59,010 bases of DNA. Origin: an uncultured Thermodesulfobacteriaceae bacterium (lineage in GTDB: Bacteria > Desulfobacterota > Dissulfuribacteria > Dissulfuribacterales > UBA3076). How positions within the stretch are numbered: position 1 is the stretch's first letter; every line of letters starts with the position of its first letter. The position numbers and the translations under genes are program-made. The stretch lies in contig CAZYEJ010000003.1 of NCBI GenBank assembly GCA_964646435.1, positions 20,210 through 79,219 of the forward strand, given 5' to 3'. This document shows positions 41,393 to 52,639 of this stretch, one piece after another. The notes beneath the pieces were generated by a model. The model did not search any database, was not told the origin of the DNA, and saw only the letters and a program-made list of their open reading frames with translations.

Positions 41393-41446
41393 ACTGTAGA
41401 GGCAGACCCGCGTGTCTGCCCTATGGGTTTAGCATGAGGTTTAGAG

Positions 41447-42055
41447 ATGGCTCGAACCAGAAAAAAAAGTCGGAAAATACAGTTCCAGTTAAGTTGGGGA
41501 GGGCTTATCGCCCTGACTGTATCTACTGTTTGTGTTTTTCTGTGGGTGTTTATCTTAGGTTTCTGGGTTGGTCAGAAGTTAATTGGACGCAGTCTGGATG
41601 AGTCACTCCAGACCCAGGTTGTCGCAAGGGCAGTGCCTGAGGCAGAGGAAGTTGCCCCCCGAATTCCAGAAAAAATAACTCAGGTAACTCCACTAGATAT
41701 TAAACAAAAAGAGCAGCCGGAGCCAAGGAAAGAATCAGTTAAAAAGAAGGTCCGTAGCGCGGATGATGTTAAGCGGCCGGGTCACCAAATCAAAAAGGCA
41801 AAGAAGAAGAGCACACACTTTGTGTTGCAAATAGCTTCTTATGGAGAGAGGGGGCGGGCAAACAAAGAGGCACAAAGGTGGAGAGATAAGGGCTATCGAG
41901 CTAAAGTCAGGAGGGCCGACCTCGGTCCGGAGAAAGGGGTCTGGTACCGGGTCCATCTCGGGGAATACAGTTCTGTTGAGGAGGCCAAAAGCGAGGCAAA
42001 AAAACTGGCCCAAAAACATAATTTGAGATCTTATGTCGTGCCCATACGTGATTAG
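41447..42055 (+). CDS. SPOR-domain (septal peptidoglycan-binding) membrane protein
   Basis: N-terminal TM, Lys-rich linker, C-terminal FVLQIASYGERGRANKEAQRWRDKGYRAKV...WYRVHLGEYSSVEEA. Confidence 0.8.
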   Translation: MARTRKKSRKIQFQLSWGGLIALTVSTVCVFLWVFILGFWVGQKLIGRSLDESLQTQVVARAVPEAEEVAPRIPEKITQVTPLDIKQKEQPEPRKESVKKKVRSADDVKRPGHQIKKAKKKSTHFVLQIASYGERGRANKEAQRWRDKGYRAKVRRADLGPEKGVWYRVHLGEYSSVEEAKSEAKKLAQKHNLRSYVVPIRD

Positions 42056-42058
42056 AAA

Positions 42059-42514
42059 ATGATGATAAGGAAAGCCAAGATATCAGATGTAAGGTCCATT
42101 CATGTCTTGCTAATGCACTTTGCAGACCAGGGTCTGCTGTTGCCGCGTTCTCTCAGCGAGATATATGATCATCTGCGGGACTATACCGTAATGCAGACAT
42201 CTGATGATAGTATCGTGGGTGTCACGGCACTTAATATATGTTGGGAAGACCTGGCTGAGGTGAAGTCTCTGGCAGTACGCGAAGACTACCAGGCCAAGGG
42301 TATGGGAAGACAACTTGTGGAGCAGTGCCTCTCAGAGGCCGCTGTCCTTGGGGTTTCCCGGGTCTTTACCCTTACGTACCAATCAGAATTTTTCAAGAAA
42401 TTGGGGTTCAGATTGGTGGACAAGAGTTCACTTCCCCAAAAAATCTGGGCAGACTGTATAAATTGTCCAAAATTTCCGGATTGTGACGAAATAGCACTGC
42501 TGATGGAGCTTTGA
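42059..42514 (+). CDS. GNAT acetyltransferase resembling the ArgA catalytic domain (possible short N-acetylglutamate synthase)
   Basis: [16 protein letters not shown]...QGLLLPRS...[15 protein letters not shown] parallels the E. coli ArgA C-terminal domain (recalled from memory). Confidence 0.7.
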   Translation: MMIRKAKISDVRSIHVLLMHFADQGLLLPRSLSEIYDHLRDYTVMQTSDDSIVGVTALNICWEDLAEVKSLAVREDYQAKGMGRQLVEQCLSEAAVLGVSRVFTLTYQSEFFKKLGFRLVDKSSLPQKIWADCINCPKFPDCDEIALLMEL

Positions 42515-42518
42515 TTAT

Positions 42519-45053
42519 ATGTTTATAGATTTAGTTGCAAAGGTGTTCGGCACCAGACACGACAGGGAGGTCAAGAAGCTACAGCCCCTTGTAGATCGTA
42601 TAAATTCCCTTGAGCCAGAGATAAAGGCCCTGTCTGACGCGGAACTCAAGGCAAAGACCCCTGAGTTCAAGGAACGGCTTGAACGGGGAGAGTCTCTGGA
42701 TGAATTGCTCCCGGAGGCCTTTGCCGTTACACGGGAGACAGCTTTCAGGGTGCTGGGGCTCAGGCCCTTTGACGTACAGCTCATGGGCGGGATTGTGCTG
42801 CATCAGGGCAAAATCGCCGAGATGAAGACCGGTGAGGGAAAGACTTTAGTGGCCACAATGCCGGTTTATCTGAATGCACTTACCGGTCGCGGGGTCCATG
42901 TGGTTACTGTCAATGACTATCTGGCAACCCGTGACTCGGAGTGGATGGGACAGGTATATCGCTTTCTTGGTCTGGATATTGGGGTAATAGTCCATGGCCT
43001 TCAGGATACAGAGAGCAAGGCAGCCTATGGGGCCGATGTGACCTATGGCACCAATAACGAGTTCGGATTCGACTACCTTAGAGACAACATGAAGTACTCC
43101 TTGGAGGACATGGTCCAACGGGAATTTCATTATGCCATCGTAGACGAAGTGGACAGCATTCTCATTGATGAGGCACGGACCCCACTCATCATATCCGGTC
43201 CATCCGAAGAGTCTACGGATCTTTATTACAGGGTCAATCAAATCAGCCCGCACCTGAATAGGGAAACTGATTTTACAGTGGATGAAAAGGCCAGGGCTGT
43301 CAGTCTGACTGAAGAGGGTGTGGAAAATTGCGAAAAGCTCCTGGGAGTGAAAAACCTCTATGATCCCGCCCAGGCCGAGCTCCTTCACCATGTGCAGCAG
43401 GCCCTTAAGGCCCATGTCCTGTTCAAGAGGGATGTAGATTATCTGGTCAAAGACGGTCAAGTAGTGATAGTTGACGAGTTCACGGGCCGCATTATGCCGG
43501 GAAGACGTTACAGTGATGGGCTGCACCAAGCCCTTGAGGCCAAAGAAGGCGTAAAAATAGAGAGTGAAAACCAGACCCTGGCTTCCATAACCTTCCAGAA
43601 CTTTTTCCGTATGTATGAAAAGCTCGCAGGCATGACGGGTACTGCCGAGACAGAGGCAGCGGAATTCCTGAAGATTTACAACCTGGATGTAGTGGTAATC
43701 CCCACCCACATGGATATGATTCGCAAGGACTATCCGGATGTGGTCTTCAGGACAGAGAGCGAAAAATTCGAAGCTGCAACCAGGGAAATTAAATCCCTTC
43801 ATGATCAAGGCCGGCCTGTCCTGGTGGGTAGCTCCAGTGTGAATAATTCCGAACGGCTTTCAAAAATGTTGAAGTGCCAAGGAGTTAAGCATGAAGTCCT
43901 GAACGCAAAGCATCACGAGAGGGAGGCGGAAATCATAGCCCATGCCGGGGAAAGGGGCAGGATTACCATTGCCACCAATATGGCAGGACGGGGGACGGAC
44001 ATAGTCTTGGGCGAGGGCGTGGCCGATATGGGCGGGCTGCATATCCTCAGTATCGAGCGCCACGAGTCAAGACGGATAGATAACCAGCTCAGAGGTAGGT
44101 CCGGCCGCCAGGGCGACCTTGGCTCTTCCAGGTTTTATCTGTCCCTGGAGGACGACCTGCTGCGTATCTTCGGATCAGACCGCATCTCCGGGATCATGGA
44201 CAAGCTTGGTATGAATGAAGGAGAGCCTATTGAACACTCCATGCTGAGCAAGGCTATAGAGAACGCCCAACGGAAAGTTGAGGCCCACAACTTTGAGATC
44301 AGAAAGCATCTACTTGATTACGATGACGTAATGAACAAGCAGAGAGAGGTGATTTACAGCCAGCGGAAGCAGATACTTGCCGGCGAGGATATGCGGGAGG
44401 AGCTCTACGGTTTTATTGATGATATAACGGCAGAGTTGGTGGATACCTATACGGATGAAAAAGGGTTTTCGGAAGAATGGGACTGGAAGGCCCTGGAGGA
44501 ACGTCTGCTCGGCCGGTTTTCTGTTCGTCTGGATATTCCCAAGGAAGAAAGAGAGGATCTTGATCAGGCGGCACTGGAAGAAAAAATAGCCGAGGCCGCA
44601 AGACATGCCTATGAGAACCAGGCGATTCTGTTCGGCGATGAAGAAATGGTCCGGGTGGAGAGGTTCATAGTTCTCCAGACCCTGGACAACTTGTGGAAGG
44701 ATCATCTCCTCAATATGGACCACTTAAGAGAGGGTATAGGGCTGGTAGGCTATGGCCAAAAAGACCCGCTTCAGGAGTACAGGCGCGAGGGTTATGACAT
44801 GTTTCTGGCCATGATCCAGCGCTTCAGAGAAGAGGCTATAAGCCTCCTGCTCCGGATTCGTCCCATGCGGGAAAGAAAAACTGAAGAACTGGAAACACGG
44901 CGCAGGAAACAACAGCAGAGCATGAGCTATGGCCGTGGAGATGGCGATGACAAGCCAAAGACTGTTAAGCGCAAGGGGCAGAAAGTAGGTCGTAATGACC
45001 CGTGTCCCTGTGGCAGCGGGAAAAAATATAAGAAATGTTGCGGAAGGAAATGA
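42519..45053 (+). CDS. secA: Preprotein translocase ATPase SecA
   Basis: [28 protein letters not shown]-terminal [20 protein letters not shown]. Confidence 0.97.
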   Translation: MFIDLVAKVFGTRHDREVKKLQPLVDRINSLEPEIKALSDAELKAKTPEFKERLERGESLDELLPEAFAVTRETAFRVLGLRPFDVQLMGGIVLHQGKIAEMKTGEGKTLVATMPVYLNALTGRGVHVVTVNDYLATRDSEWMGQVYRFLGLDIGVIVHGLQDTESKAAYGADVTYGTNNEFGFDYLRDNMKYSLEDMVQREFHYAIVDEVDSILIDEARTPLIISGPSEESTDLYYRVNQISPHLNRETDFTVDEKARAVSLTEEGVENCEKLLGVKNLYDPAQAELLHHVQQALKAHVLFKRDVDYLVKDGQVVIVDEFTGRIMPGRRYSDGLHQALEAKEGVKIESENQTLASITFQNFFRMYEKLAGMTGTAETEAAEFLKIYNLDVVVIPTHMDMIRKDYPDVVFRTESEKFEAATREIKSLHDQGRPVLVGSSSVNNSERLSKMLKCQGVKHEVLNAKHHEREAEIIAHAGERGRITIATNMAGRGTDIVLGEGVADMGGLHILSIERHESRRIDNQLRGRSGRQGDLGSSRFYLSLEDDLLRIFGSDRISGIMDKLGMNEGEPIEHSMLSKAIENAQRKVEAHNFEIRKHLLDYDDVMNKQREVIYSQRKQILAGEDMREELYGFIDDITAELVDTYTDEKGFSEEWDWKALEERLLGRFSVRLDIPKEEREDLDQAALEEKIAEAARHAYENQAILFGDEEMVRVERFIVLQTLDNLWKDHLLNMDHLREGIGLVGYGQKDPLQEYRREGYDMFLAMIQRFREEAISLLLRIRPMRERKTEELETRRRKQQQSMSYGRGDGDDKPKTVKRKGQKVGRNDPCPCGSGKKYKKCCGRK

Positions 45054-46252
45054 ATTTATTGGTCCCTGGTTTTAAGGGTTCGGCCGTTTCAGCCAACATC
45101 AAGTATCAGGGACGCCTTGACCTGGGTCTGATAGCCTCTGATGACCCCGCGGTGTTGGCAGCCGTGTTTACCAGAAACGAGGTAAAGGCAGCCCCGGTCC
45201 TCGCAGGGCTTGATCGTCTCAGCAGGGGCATGCCTTATGCCAGGGCTGTTGTGGTGAACAGCGGCAATGCAAATGCCTGTACAGGCAACGATGGTATAGC
45301 CGATGTCCACGAGATCTGCTCTCTCGTAGCCAAGGAAATGGGTACAACCCCTGAGGATGTGATGGTCTCGTCAACCGGCGTGATCGGCCAACCTCTTCCC
45401 ATGGGACGGATAACAGATGTCGTACCGGAACTTGTGAGGGGCCTTTCTGAAAATGGGCTGGAGGCTGTGGCAGACGCCATTCTCACTACGGACACGGTTC
45501 GGAAGACAGTCATCAGGCACATTGATGTCGGTGGTGTAGAGGTGACTGTTGCCGGCATGGCAAAGGGCGCTGGAATGATAGGGCCGAACATTGGTCCACC
45601 ACAGGCCACAATGCTCTCCTTTGTCCTGTCAGACGCAAAGGTGGATCCGGCCTGGTGGCAGGGCGCACTTGAAAGGACCGTATCAGACACGTTTAACCGG
45701 ATTACCATAGACGGGGATACCAGCACGAATGACACAGTCCTGGCCCTTGCTAACGGTCTTGCCGGAAATAAAGAGATTAGCGAAGTTTATTACGGAGAGC
45801 CCTTTGAATATGTACTCAAAGAGCTGCTACAAGACCTGGCTCGGCAGATTGTTGTGGATGGCGAAGGTGTTACCAAATGTGTAACCTTGGTTGTAAAAGG
45901 AGCAAGGACCGGAGAAGAGGCAGACAGGATAGCCCGGACTGTTGCTGAATCTCCACTCGTGAAGACGGCCTTTTTCGGCGAAGACCCTAACTGGGGTCGA
46001 ATTCTTGCCGCAGCAGGCCGTGCGGGTTTCCCTCTGGATCAGGGGCTCATCAGTTTGTCCTTTGATGACATCGAAATCGTGAGAATGGGTATGGGCGTCG
46101 GCAAAGAGGCTGAGGATTTGGCCAAGCAGGCCATGGCTGCCGGAGAATTCACAGTTGTCTTGGACTTGGGTCTTGGGCAAGAAGAGGCCCGTATTCTGAC
46201 CAGCGATTTTTCAACCGATTACGTGCGAATAAATGCGGATTATCGTACCTGA
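45050..46252 (+). CDS. argJ: Bifunctional glutamate N-acetyltransferase / amino-acid acetyltransferase
   Basis: Autoproteolysis site [11 protein letters not shown] 45050 overlaps the secA stop (ATGA), with GGAAGGA RBS. Confidence 0.93.
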   Translation: MNLLVPGFKGSAVSANIKYQGRLDLGLIASDDPAVLAAVFTRNEVKAAPVLAGLDRLSRGMPYARAVVVNSGNANACTGNDGIADVHEICSLVAKEMGTTPEDVMVSSTGVIGQPLPMGRITDVVPELVRGLSENGLEAVADAILTTDTVRKTVIRHIDVGGVEVTVAGMAKGAGMIGPNIGPPQATMLSFVLSDAKVDPAWWQGALERTVSDTFNRITIDGDTSTNDTVLALANGLAGNKEISEVYYGEPFEYVLKELLQDLARQIVVDGEGVTKCVTLVVKGARTGEEADRIARTVAESPLVKTAFFGEDPNWGRILAAAGRAGFPLDQGLISLSFDDIEIVRMGMGVGKEAEDLAKQAMAAGEFTVVLDLGLGQEEARILTSDFSTDYVRINADYRT

Positions 46253-46261
46253 GAATTTTGC

Positions 46262-46616
46262 CACCCGCTCGCTACGCTCGCTCGACACACACACACACAG
46301 ACAAACCTACACAGACAAAAACATAGCTAACTACTTGTTGATTCAACATTTCTTAATGTAGGTTTTTTCATGCGCTCTAGCGCTTTCCCAGCCTCAGCAG
46401 CCGATATGCTGTGTTCATGCCTGGAAAATTTCGCGTTTTGCATCTCGGGCTTTTTGAGCGGAATTCTGTTTCAGGATTTTCGCAGTGTAATCATGTGCTA
46501 TAACTTAAATTGAGCGATTAGCGGTTATCTATTAGTTTAATGATTACAAGATATTTTGCTATTACAAAATTAGGAACCACTTTTCAAAGCTAAACGCTAA
46601 TGGCTAACCGCTCAAC
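46262..46616. repeat. Composite low-complexity and repeat-module region
   Basis: cgctcgctacgctcgctcg, then (AC)7.5 at 46285-46299, 60-bp block 46439-46498, 21-bp block 46503-46523, hairpin ttgagcgattagcggtta (46511-46528) / gctaatggctaaccgctcaa (to 46616). Confidence 0.8.
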
Positions 46617-46646
46617 TTAGGTTCAAACTGACCAGGAGGTGTTAAA

Positions 46647-47150
46647 ATGAGGGTACTTATCTTGAGTGCGGATAAATTTGAAGACAGTGAACTCCTATGT
46701 CCTATGTACCGGCTTAAAGAGGCAGGCTATCAGGTGGACATAGCCGCGCCGGAATGGGGCCAGATAAAGGGGAAGCGGGGTTATACAGTGACTGCCAACC
46801 TGGCTCTGGACGACGTGCAATTTGACGGTTTTAGATTGCTTCTTCTGCCCGGTGGTAAGGCGCCACCTGAGACGCTTCGCTCGATTCCGCAAGTCCAGGA
46901 CATTGTGAGGGCGTTTGTGGACAAAGGACGGCCTGTGGCCGCTATCTGTCACGGCCCCCAGATTCTAGTGTCGGCAGGGGTCTTGGTCGGGCTACGGGCC
47001 ACCTGTTATAGAAGTGTAGCAAGAGAACTGGAGGCCGCGGGCGTGCTATACGAGGACTCGGAGGTAGTGGTAGATGGCAATATCATAACCTCTCGCCAAC
47101 CTTCGGACATCCCTGCTTTTATGGGCGAGGTTATACGGGCACTGGCCTGA
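46647..47150 (+). CDS. DJ-1/PfpI-family protein
   Basis: Nucleophile elbow AAICHGPQIL. 167 aa. Confidence 0.85.
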   Translation: MRVLILSADKFEDSELLCPMYRLKEAGYQVDIAAPEWGQIKGKRGYTVTANLALDDVQFDGFRLLLLPGGKAPPETLRSIPQVQDIVRAFVDKGRPVAAICHGPQILVSAGVLVGLRATCYRSVARELEAAGVLYEDSEVVVDGNIITSRQPSDIPAFMGEVIRALA

Positions 47151-47332
47151 TTATTAAAAGTACTAAGGGCCCTGGCAAAAATAAATTGGTAGAATTTGCG
47201 CCCGGATTTGCTATAGATTTAGTCGATCTGATTGAGCAAAACCGCAGGTATAGTAATGTTATGTTGGCGAATAATAGACGGACATCCCTAAAATTTTCGT
47301 AAAGAACTAGACCTGGATATTTCATATAAGGT

Positions 47333-47393
47333 AACCGTTCATGGGGTTACAACGCCCGCTTTACCACAAACTACCGAACTGTAAACGTTTACA
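47333..47393 (-). repeat. Half copy of the MITE-like element
   Basis: aaccgttcatggggttacaacgcccgctttaccacaaactaccgaactgtaaacgtttaca matches the 37410-37470 end of copy 3. Confidence 0.7.
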
Positions 47394-47419
47394 CAAAGTA
47401 ATGAAACAGAAGGAAATCT

Positions 47420-49903
47420 ATGTCCCCCACAAACCATGAATTGCAACTCGCCAACGATTTTGTTCAGTACACCGGCTGCAATATTTTTCTGACGGGTAAA
47501 GCGGGCACCGGCAAGACAACCTTTCTCCATAATCTGTATAAGAACACGGCGAAGCGGATGATTATCACCGCTCCAACCGGTGTTGCGGCTATCAACGCCG
47601 GCGGGGTAACACTCCATTCTTTTTTTCAGCTTCCTTTTGGCCCGTTTGTACCGGGCAGCGAGACATATGAGCGCAATAAGCAGCGCCAGTTCAGGTTCAG
47701 CAAAGAAAAAAAGCGGATTATACAAAGCCTTGATTTGTTGGTGATTGACGAAATAAGTATGGTACGAGCCGATTTACTCGACGCGGTGGATGCCGTGCTG
47801 CGCCGCCATCGCCGTAATAATCAGCCATTTGGCGGGGTGCAGTTGCTTATGATCGGCGACCTGCATCAGCTCTCTCCGGTGGCAAAGCACGATGAATGGC
47901 ACCTTTTACAGCAACATTATGAGACGGTTTATTTTTTCAGCAGCAAGGCGCTTGGTCTTACTGAACTGCTTACTGTTGAACTGAAGCATATTTATCGCCA
48001 GTCAGACGCCGGTTTTATCAAGCTCCTGAATCGGGTACGTGACAACCGGCTTGATGAATCATCTATAGCGGATCTTAACCGGCGTTACATCCAGGATTTT
48101 ACACCGGGCGAAGATCAGGGCTATATTACACTAAGTACCCACAACCGCAGCGCAGAATCCATCAATCAGACCAGACTTCAGGCCCTGTCCAAAAAAGAAC
48201 ACCGTTTCAAAGCTGAGATTTCCGGAGATTTTCCTGAACATATCTACCCGACCCTGGCCACTCTTCTGCTTAAAGAGGGGGCACAAGTGATGTTTGTGCG
48301 CAATGATCCCTCTGCTGAAAAACTCTATTACAATGGTAAAATCGGCAAAATAACCAAAATCTCGAACAAAAAAATCAGCGTTATCTGCCCCAGCGATCAC
48401 CAGGAAATCGTGGTTGAACCAATCATTTGGGAAAATATCAAATACACACTGAACGAAGAAAATAAAGAAATTGAAGAGGATATAATCGGCAAATTCAAGC
48501 AATACCCCCTGAAACTCGCATGGGCCATCACCATACACAAGAGTCAGGGGCTGACTTTTGAAAGGGCCATTATTGATGCCAAGGCAGCTTTTGCCCATGG
48601 TCAGATTTACGTGGCCTTAAGCCGTTGTAAGACCATAGAGGGCATGGTGCTGAGCTCTCCCATCTCATCCCGGGGAATAAAAACGGACAAAGCAATAATG
48701 TGCTTTGACGAAGACGCTCACCAAAATCCGCCCTCCGGAAGCCGGCTTCAGGCAGCCAAAATTAGCTACCAGCAGCAGTTGTTGCTTGATTGTTTCGATT
48801 TTTCACTATTGCACAACCATCTCAATTATCTTGCCCGGCTTTTGCTGGGTAATGCCGGAGTAGTTCAAGTTTCAGGCGTTGAAGATATCCGACAACTGGA
48901 GAAAAAGGCTGCGGAAGATATTTTTGTTGTCAGTGAAAATTTTAAGCGGCAATTACGCACAATTTTTACGGATGGCGGCCTGCCCGAGTCAGATGCAATT
49001 ATTTTGGAACGGATCGGCAAGGCGTCAGCATGGTTTCAGGAAAAATTTACCGAAATTTTTGATGAGTCAGTGAAAAAATTGCATGTCGAAACAGACAATA
49101 CCGAACTTCGCAAAAAAATTGGGAATGCCCTGAGTAATCTTAAAAAAGAAATTGCCGTAAAGGTAGCTGGAGTACAATGCTGTGAAAAAGGATTTACACC
49201 GTCAAGTCTCCTGCGTGCTGTTTCAGCCGCTGAAATTGACTTTACCCCTAAAAAAGAAAAAAAGCGCCGGTCCCTGGCATACACCGAATCGGACGTTGCC
49301 CATCCTGAGCTATTCCAGACCCTGAAGGACTGGCGTTCCAGCAAGGCCAAGGAGGAAGATGTTGCCTGTTTTCAGGTTTTACACCAACGGATATTGATCC
49401 AGATTGTGGTATGCCTGCCTGACAATGCTGCTGATCTAAGAAAAATAAATGGAGTCGGCAAGAAAACCATTGAGAAATATGGTGAAGAACTTTTGAGACT
49501 GGTTTTGGCCTATCGCAAAAAACACGGGATAGAGAAGGTTGTACTGCCGGAGCCAAAAAAACTTCCTAAAGAAAATACCCCGGCAAAAGATGCGGCTCCA
49601 CCTTTCGGCACGAAACAGACAAGTTTAGACATGTTTAATAATGGATTAACGATTGCCCGGATTGCACAAGAAAGAGGCTTGGTACAGTCTACCATTGAAG
49701 GGCATCTGAGTTTTTTTGTGGAAAAAGGCGAATTAGATATCAATAAGCTGCTTTCATCTGAAAAACAACAGGCCATTGAAAAGGAGCTTGCTACAGATCA
49801 CAATAATTCCCTCAGTGAAGTAAAAAGTGCCCTGGGAGATGACTACTCGTATGGAGAAATCAAAATGATGTTGGCCTGCCGGAAACATCCGGCATCAGAA
49901 TAA
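47420..49903 (+). CDS. PIF1/RecD-like SF1 helicase with C-terminal HRDC-like and HTH domains
   Basis: Walker A LTGKAGTGKTT, LVIDEISMV, ITIHKSQGLTF. C-terminus FQVLHQRILIQIV...INGVGKKTIEKYGEELL. Confidence 0.8.
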   Translation: MSPTNHELQLANDFVQYTGCNIFLTGKAGTGKTTFLHNLYKNTAKRMIITAPTGVAAINAGGVTLHSFFQLPFGPFVPGSETYERNKQRQFRFSKEKKRIIQSLDLLVIDEISMVRADLLDAVDAVLRRHRRNNQPFGGVQLLMIGDLHQLSPVAKHDEWHLLQQHYETVYFFSSKALGLTELLTVELKHIYRQSDAGFIKLLNRVRDNRLDESSIADLNRRYIQDFTPGEDQGYITLSTHNRSAESINQTRLQALSKKEHRFKAEISGDFPEHIYPTLATLLLKEGAQVMFVRNDPSAEKLYYNGKIGKITKISNKKISVICPSDHQEIVVEPIIWENIKYTLNEENKEIEEDIIGKFKQYPLKLAWAITIHKSQGLTFERAIIDAKAAFAHGQIYVALSRCKTIEGMVLSSPISSRGIKTDKAIMCFDEDAHQNPPSGSRLQAAKISYQQQLLLDCFDFSLLHNHLNYLARLLLGNAGVVQVSGVEDIRQLEKKAAEDIFVVSENFKRQLRTIFTDGGLPESDAIILERIGKASAWFQEKFTEIFDESVKKLHVETDNTELRKKIGNALSNLKKEIAVKVAGVQCCEKGFTPSSLLRAVSAAEIDFTPKKEKKRRSLAYTESDVAHPELFQTLKDWRSSKAKEEDVACFQVLHQRILIQIVVCLPDNAADLRKINGVGKKTIEKYGEELLRLVLAYRKKHGIEKVVLPEPKKLPKENTPAKDAAPPFGTKQTSLDMFNNGLTIARIAQERGLVQSTIEGHLSFFVEKGELDINKLLSSEKQQAIEKELATDHNNSLSEVKSALGDDYSYGEIKMMLACRKHPASE

Positions 49904-49973
49904 GCAACCCAGCCCATCCAACGCTGTTTGATTTCATGGAAGGGGGGCAAGTGGATGTGGATTCAAAATCGCG

Positions 49974-51062
49974 TCAATCAGCATTCAGGAAGGCTATCCT
50001 GGTCGTTTCTCCGGTGTTCTTGTGGGCAAGGATGCAAAAGCTTTCAATGAATTTTTCGTAGCTCTCTTTGGAGTATGATGAGATTGAGAGGGCTTCTTCC
50101 CTCGTTTTTTCTCCGTATGCCTTTTCTCTTTTATGTAGTATGGCGGGTCAAAGAATATCAGATCGGCTTTTCCGGTTATTGGCCAGTTATTATCTTGGGA
50201 GTCCCGGTGGTGGTATTGGATCTCCGGCCGGTTATCTCTTGTGGCGATGTCAAAGGCTTGACATTTCCGCTCAAAGAGCATGCATACATCAGAGACAACA
50301 CCGCCGCCGGCCATCGGGTCGAGAACAAAATCACCGGGTTTTGTGAAATAGAACAGTGTGTGTGCAACGAGCTGCGCCGGTATTCTCCCGGGCCAATCAT
50401 CTCCGAATCGTTCATCACATTCGTTGAAATTCCATTGATCCCATGTGCGCAGGCCCCAGCCAAGCTCTTTGAATTTTTCCTGATCAGTTTTTCCTTCCAG
50501 CCGTAATGCCCAAGCAAGTGGAAGATCCATGTTATAATGCCTGGCGATGTATTCCATTCTGCGGCCCTGGGAGAGGAGATTATCGATATTACCAAAATTG
50601 GTATTATTGGTAATTTGAGAAATTCTTTGTTGCTTTATCCCCACTGTGTCTGAGATTTTTCCCTGAGTCCATCCAAGGCGGCTCAAACGAAGGATAATGG
50701 TATTTCTGCTTGTTTTCTGCCGGGCAACGATCGCCATGCCTGATGTTACATTCCGCCCCTTCAAGTAGAAACGCCACTTTGTCTTTCTCGTAATCAAGTG
50801 GCTTCTCCTTCCATTCAACAGCCGCAATTTTTTTGATTCCACTTTCCTTAAACGCAGACCAGCGGTGGATACCATCCAGAATTATAGTCGCTTCGGTTGT
50901 TTCATTGCCATATGAATAGTTAAAGACCTTTTGAATATTGATTGGTGGAAATTGCGCGCCGATCGCAAGCGCTTCAATATAGGCATTAATGGTTTTCTCG
51001 CTTTTTCCTCCTCTTGGGTAGATGAACTGGTCCCAGGTTAAATTTGAGATGTTGACTTCCAT
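49974..51062 (-). pseudogene. ParB-like-domain DNA methyltransferase disrupted by two frameshifts
   Basis: Three frame segments: 51062 to ~50740 ParB-like (ILDGIHRW...NIRHG); ~50735 to 50130 HTH plus MTase motif I VLDPMAGGGV and motif IV DPPYY; 50125 to 49974 plausible tail KAYGEKTREEALSISSYSKESYEKFIESFCILAHKNTGETTRIAFLNAD-stop. Confidence 0.75.
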
Positions 51063-51250
51063 TGGCTCTCCCCTTCATAGCCATCTTCATTTACTTCCCA
51101 TTCAATCAATTGCATAACTGCCTCCTCTATTGTGGGTCTATTTTGGTTTGGTCGGATTGAACCTAATTCAGGTACATTGGTAAAATTCACCCACAGCAAT
51201 CCCGAATGATAGCCGCACAATTCAGTCATCGGCAAGATTGGCAGTCGTCT

Positions 51251-51442
51251 TTAAAGCCTATTTGATTTTCCTTTTTCGAAATACTGACTGACAAAATTAT
51301 TTGCCAATTGATGTACTATCTGTGCCCTAACCCGAGAAATGCGCTTTCGACGGCTACCAGTCCGCAACTCATGTGAATTGATATTTTCTTCTTCGCATAC
51401 TCGCTCAACGACTTCGCCAATTTGTTGCCTGCCATTTTTCAA
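51251..51442 (-). pseudogene. Fragment of a transposase-associated DnaA-C-like HTH domain
   Basis: HELRTGSRRKRISRVRAQIVHQLA resembles the LRSGSRRR..ARA...L segment of IS200/RayT-type proteins carrying a DnaA C-terminal-like domain. There is no catalytic part and no credible start. Confidence 0.4.
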
Positions 51443-51532
51443 TTCCCAATCAAAGTTCTCGACTTGACGTCAGCTTTGGGATACATATTAAACTAATAAA
51501 TTCAACGATGGGGTGGATCCCAGGGAAAAGGC
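51443..51532 (+). repeat. 90-bp direct repeat, copy 1
   Basis: About 88% identical by eye to 53035-53126 in the same orientation. Confidence 0.85.
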
Positions 51533-51674
51533 GTCCCCTAGATCACAGGGTCAGGTCTGATGGCATCGTCTCTCACGCTGGGGAGCCTTGTGGGTAAAAA
51601 TGCTCTGGATTTTTCCTTGATGTTTCATGATGTGAATTTTCCTACCCGCCCTACACTGATTTCTCAAGGGGTAG

Positions 51675-51899
51675 GTGTCTCACTTACATTTACACAGAGG
51701 ACCACTTAAAACATCAACTGCTGCTCAGATGAAAGCCGACCTGGTATTATTGGATGAGAAGAAGGCCAGAAAAAGTGCCATAATTGCTGGTTTTGAAGTA
51801 ATTGGGCCGCTGGATCTATTCCTTGTGGCCAATAACCTCGGGCTACTCAAGGAAATCAGATCCTCTTGGGTAAGTTATTTATTACCGATTCCCTTATGA
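51675..51899 (+). pseudogene. C-terminal fragment of a DUF3368-type PIN-like protein
   Basis: ADLVLLDEKKARKSAIIAGFEVIGPLDLFLVANNLGLLKEI matches the usual C-terminal half of that family. The N-terminal half is missing. Confidence 0.45.
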
Positions 51900-51980
51900 G
51901 ACGTATTAAGTTCCGTTCAGCAACATGGTTGCCTTGTTACCTTCAGTTTGACCTAAATTGAACTGTTTGCAAAGGTATGG

Positions 51981-52388
51981 TCACGGGAAAATAATGAAAG
52001 GTCGTTTTCTTTGCAGACGGTAAATACTGAAATCCTTTTTGTCAAAGGTTGCAACACGCTGAATAGCTAAATCCTGAGCAAGACATACTATGGTGGCATC
52101 CGCAAAGTCCATTGGGAGGTCATAATACTTCTGCATCAACTTTTTTATCCTCTTCAGACTTTCAACACTGGAAGGAACGAGGGTTATAGCCCCACTCAGG
52201 ACAAAATCCAGGGCAGCAGACTGAGCATGGGAAGAAAAATTTAGCAGATAAAGAACCTCAGTTAATACCGCTTCCGAGGTAAAAAGTTCACCTTCGAATT
52301 GCCTCAACCACTTAACACATTCACCATGCCTGGTCTCGCTACGGTCAATCAAGGCCACCCACGGACCTGTATCCATCAGGACTTGCAC
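51981..52388 (-). CDS. vapC: PIN-domain toxin (VapC-like)
   Basis: VLMDTGPWVALID...FTSEAVLTEV...DATIV...ATFDKKDF acidic PIN pattern. GTG start overlaps the antitoxin stop (TAGTG). Confidence 0.85.
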   Translation of the reverse strand: MQVLMDTGPWVALIDRSETRHGECVKWLRQFEGELFTSEAVLTEVLYLLNFSSHAQSAALDFVLSGAITLVPSSVESLKRIKKLMQKYYDLPMDFADATIVCLAQDLAIQRVATFDKKDFSIYRLQRKRPFIIFP

Positions 52389-52639
52389 TAGGAAGCCTTT
52401 CGTATTTTTTCAATGAGATAATCGCGGTGACGCTGCCCAAGATCCTTAATGCCGCTTTCTGCTGTTCCGAGAAGATTGCTGACCTTCTCAAAAGGAGTTA
52501 TTGGTTTGCGCTTGAGATTTTCTTCAATGAATTGCCTTAATGCCATGCGGACTATATCCGATCGCTTTAATCCCATCTCTCTGGTCAGCTCAGCAAGCTT
52601 ACTTTGGTATTCATCGGGCATCCGAACGGTTAGTTGCAT
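52388..52639 (-). CDS. CopG/RHH antitoxin (VapB-like)
   Basis: MQLTVRMPDEYQSKLAELTREMGLKRSDIVRMAL. AGGAGG RBS upstream of ATG 52639. The track ORF start at 52699 is rejected. Confidence 0.8.
   Translation of the reverse strand: MQLTVRMPDEYQSKLAELTREMGLKRSDIVRMALRQFIEENLKRKPITPFEKVSNLLGTAESGIKDLGQRHRDYLIEKIRKAS

Noticed and set aside
42846-43808. 320-aa antisense ORF inside secA, and similar long antisense ORFs in groEL, argJ, thiC and the helicase
   Set aside because: The opposite strand encodes unmistakable conserved proteins. The antisense products are low-complexity with no motifs.
51038-51235. 65-aa ORF overlapping the methyltransferase start, and the 45-codon ORF 57670-57804 (MVDERTFVCEQFDLLFSELTPP...)
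   Set aside because: There are no convincing translation signals. The first may be a frame-shifted upstream extension of the pseudogene. The second only vaguely recalls IS5-type transposase N-termini. Neither can be supported as a gene.
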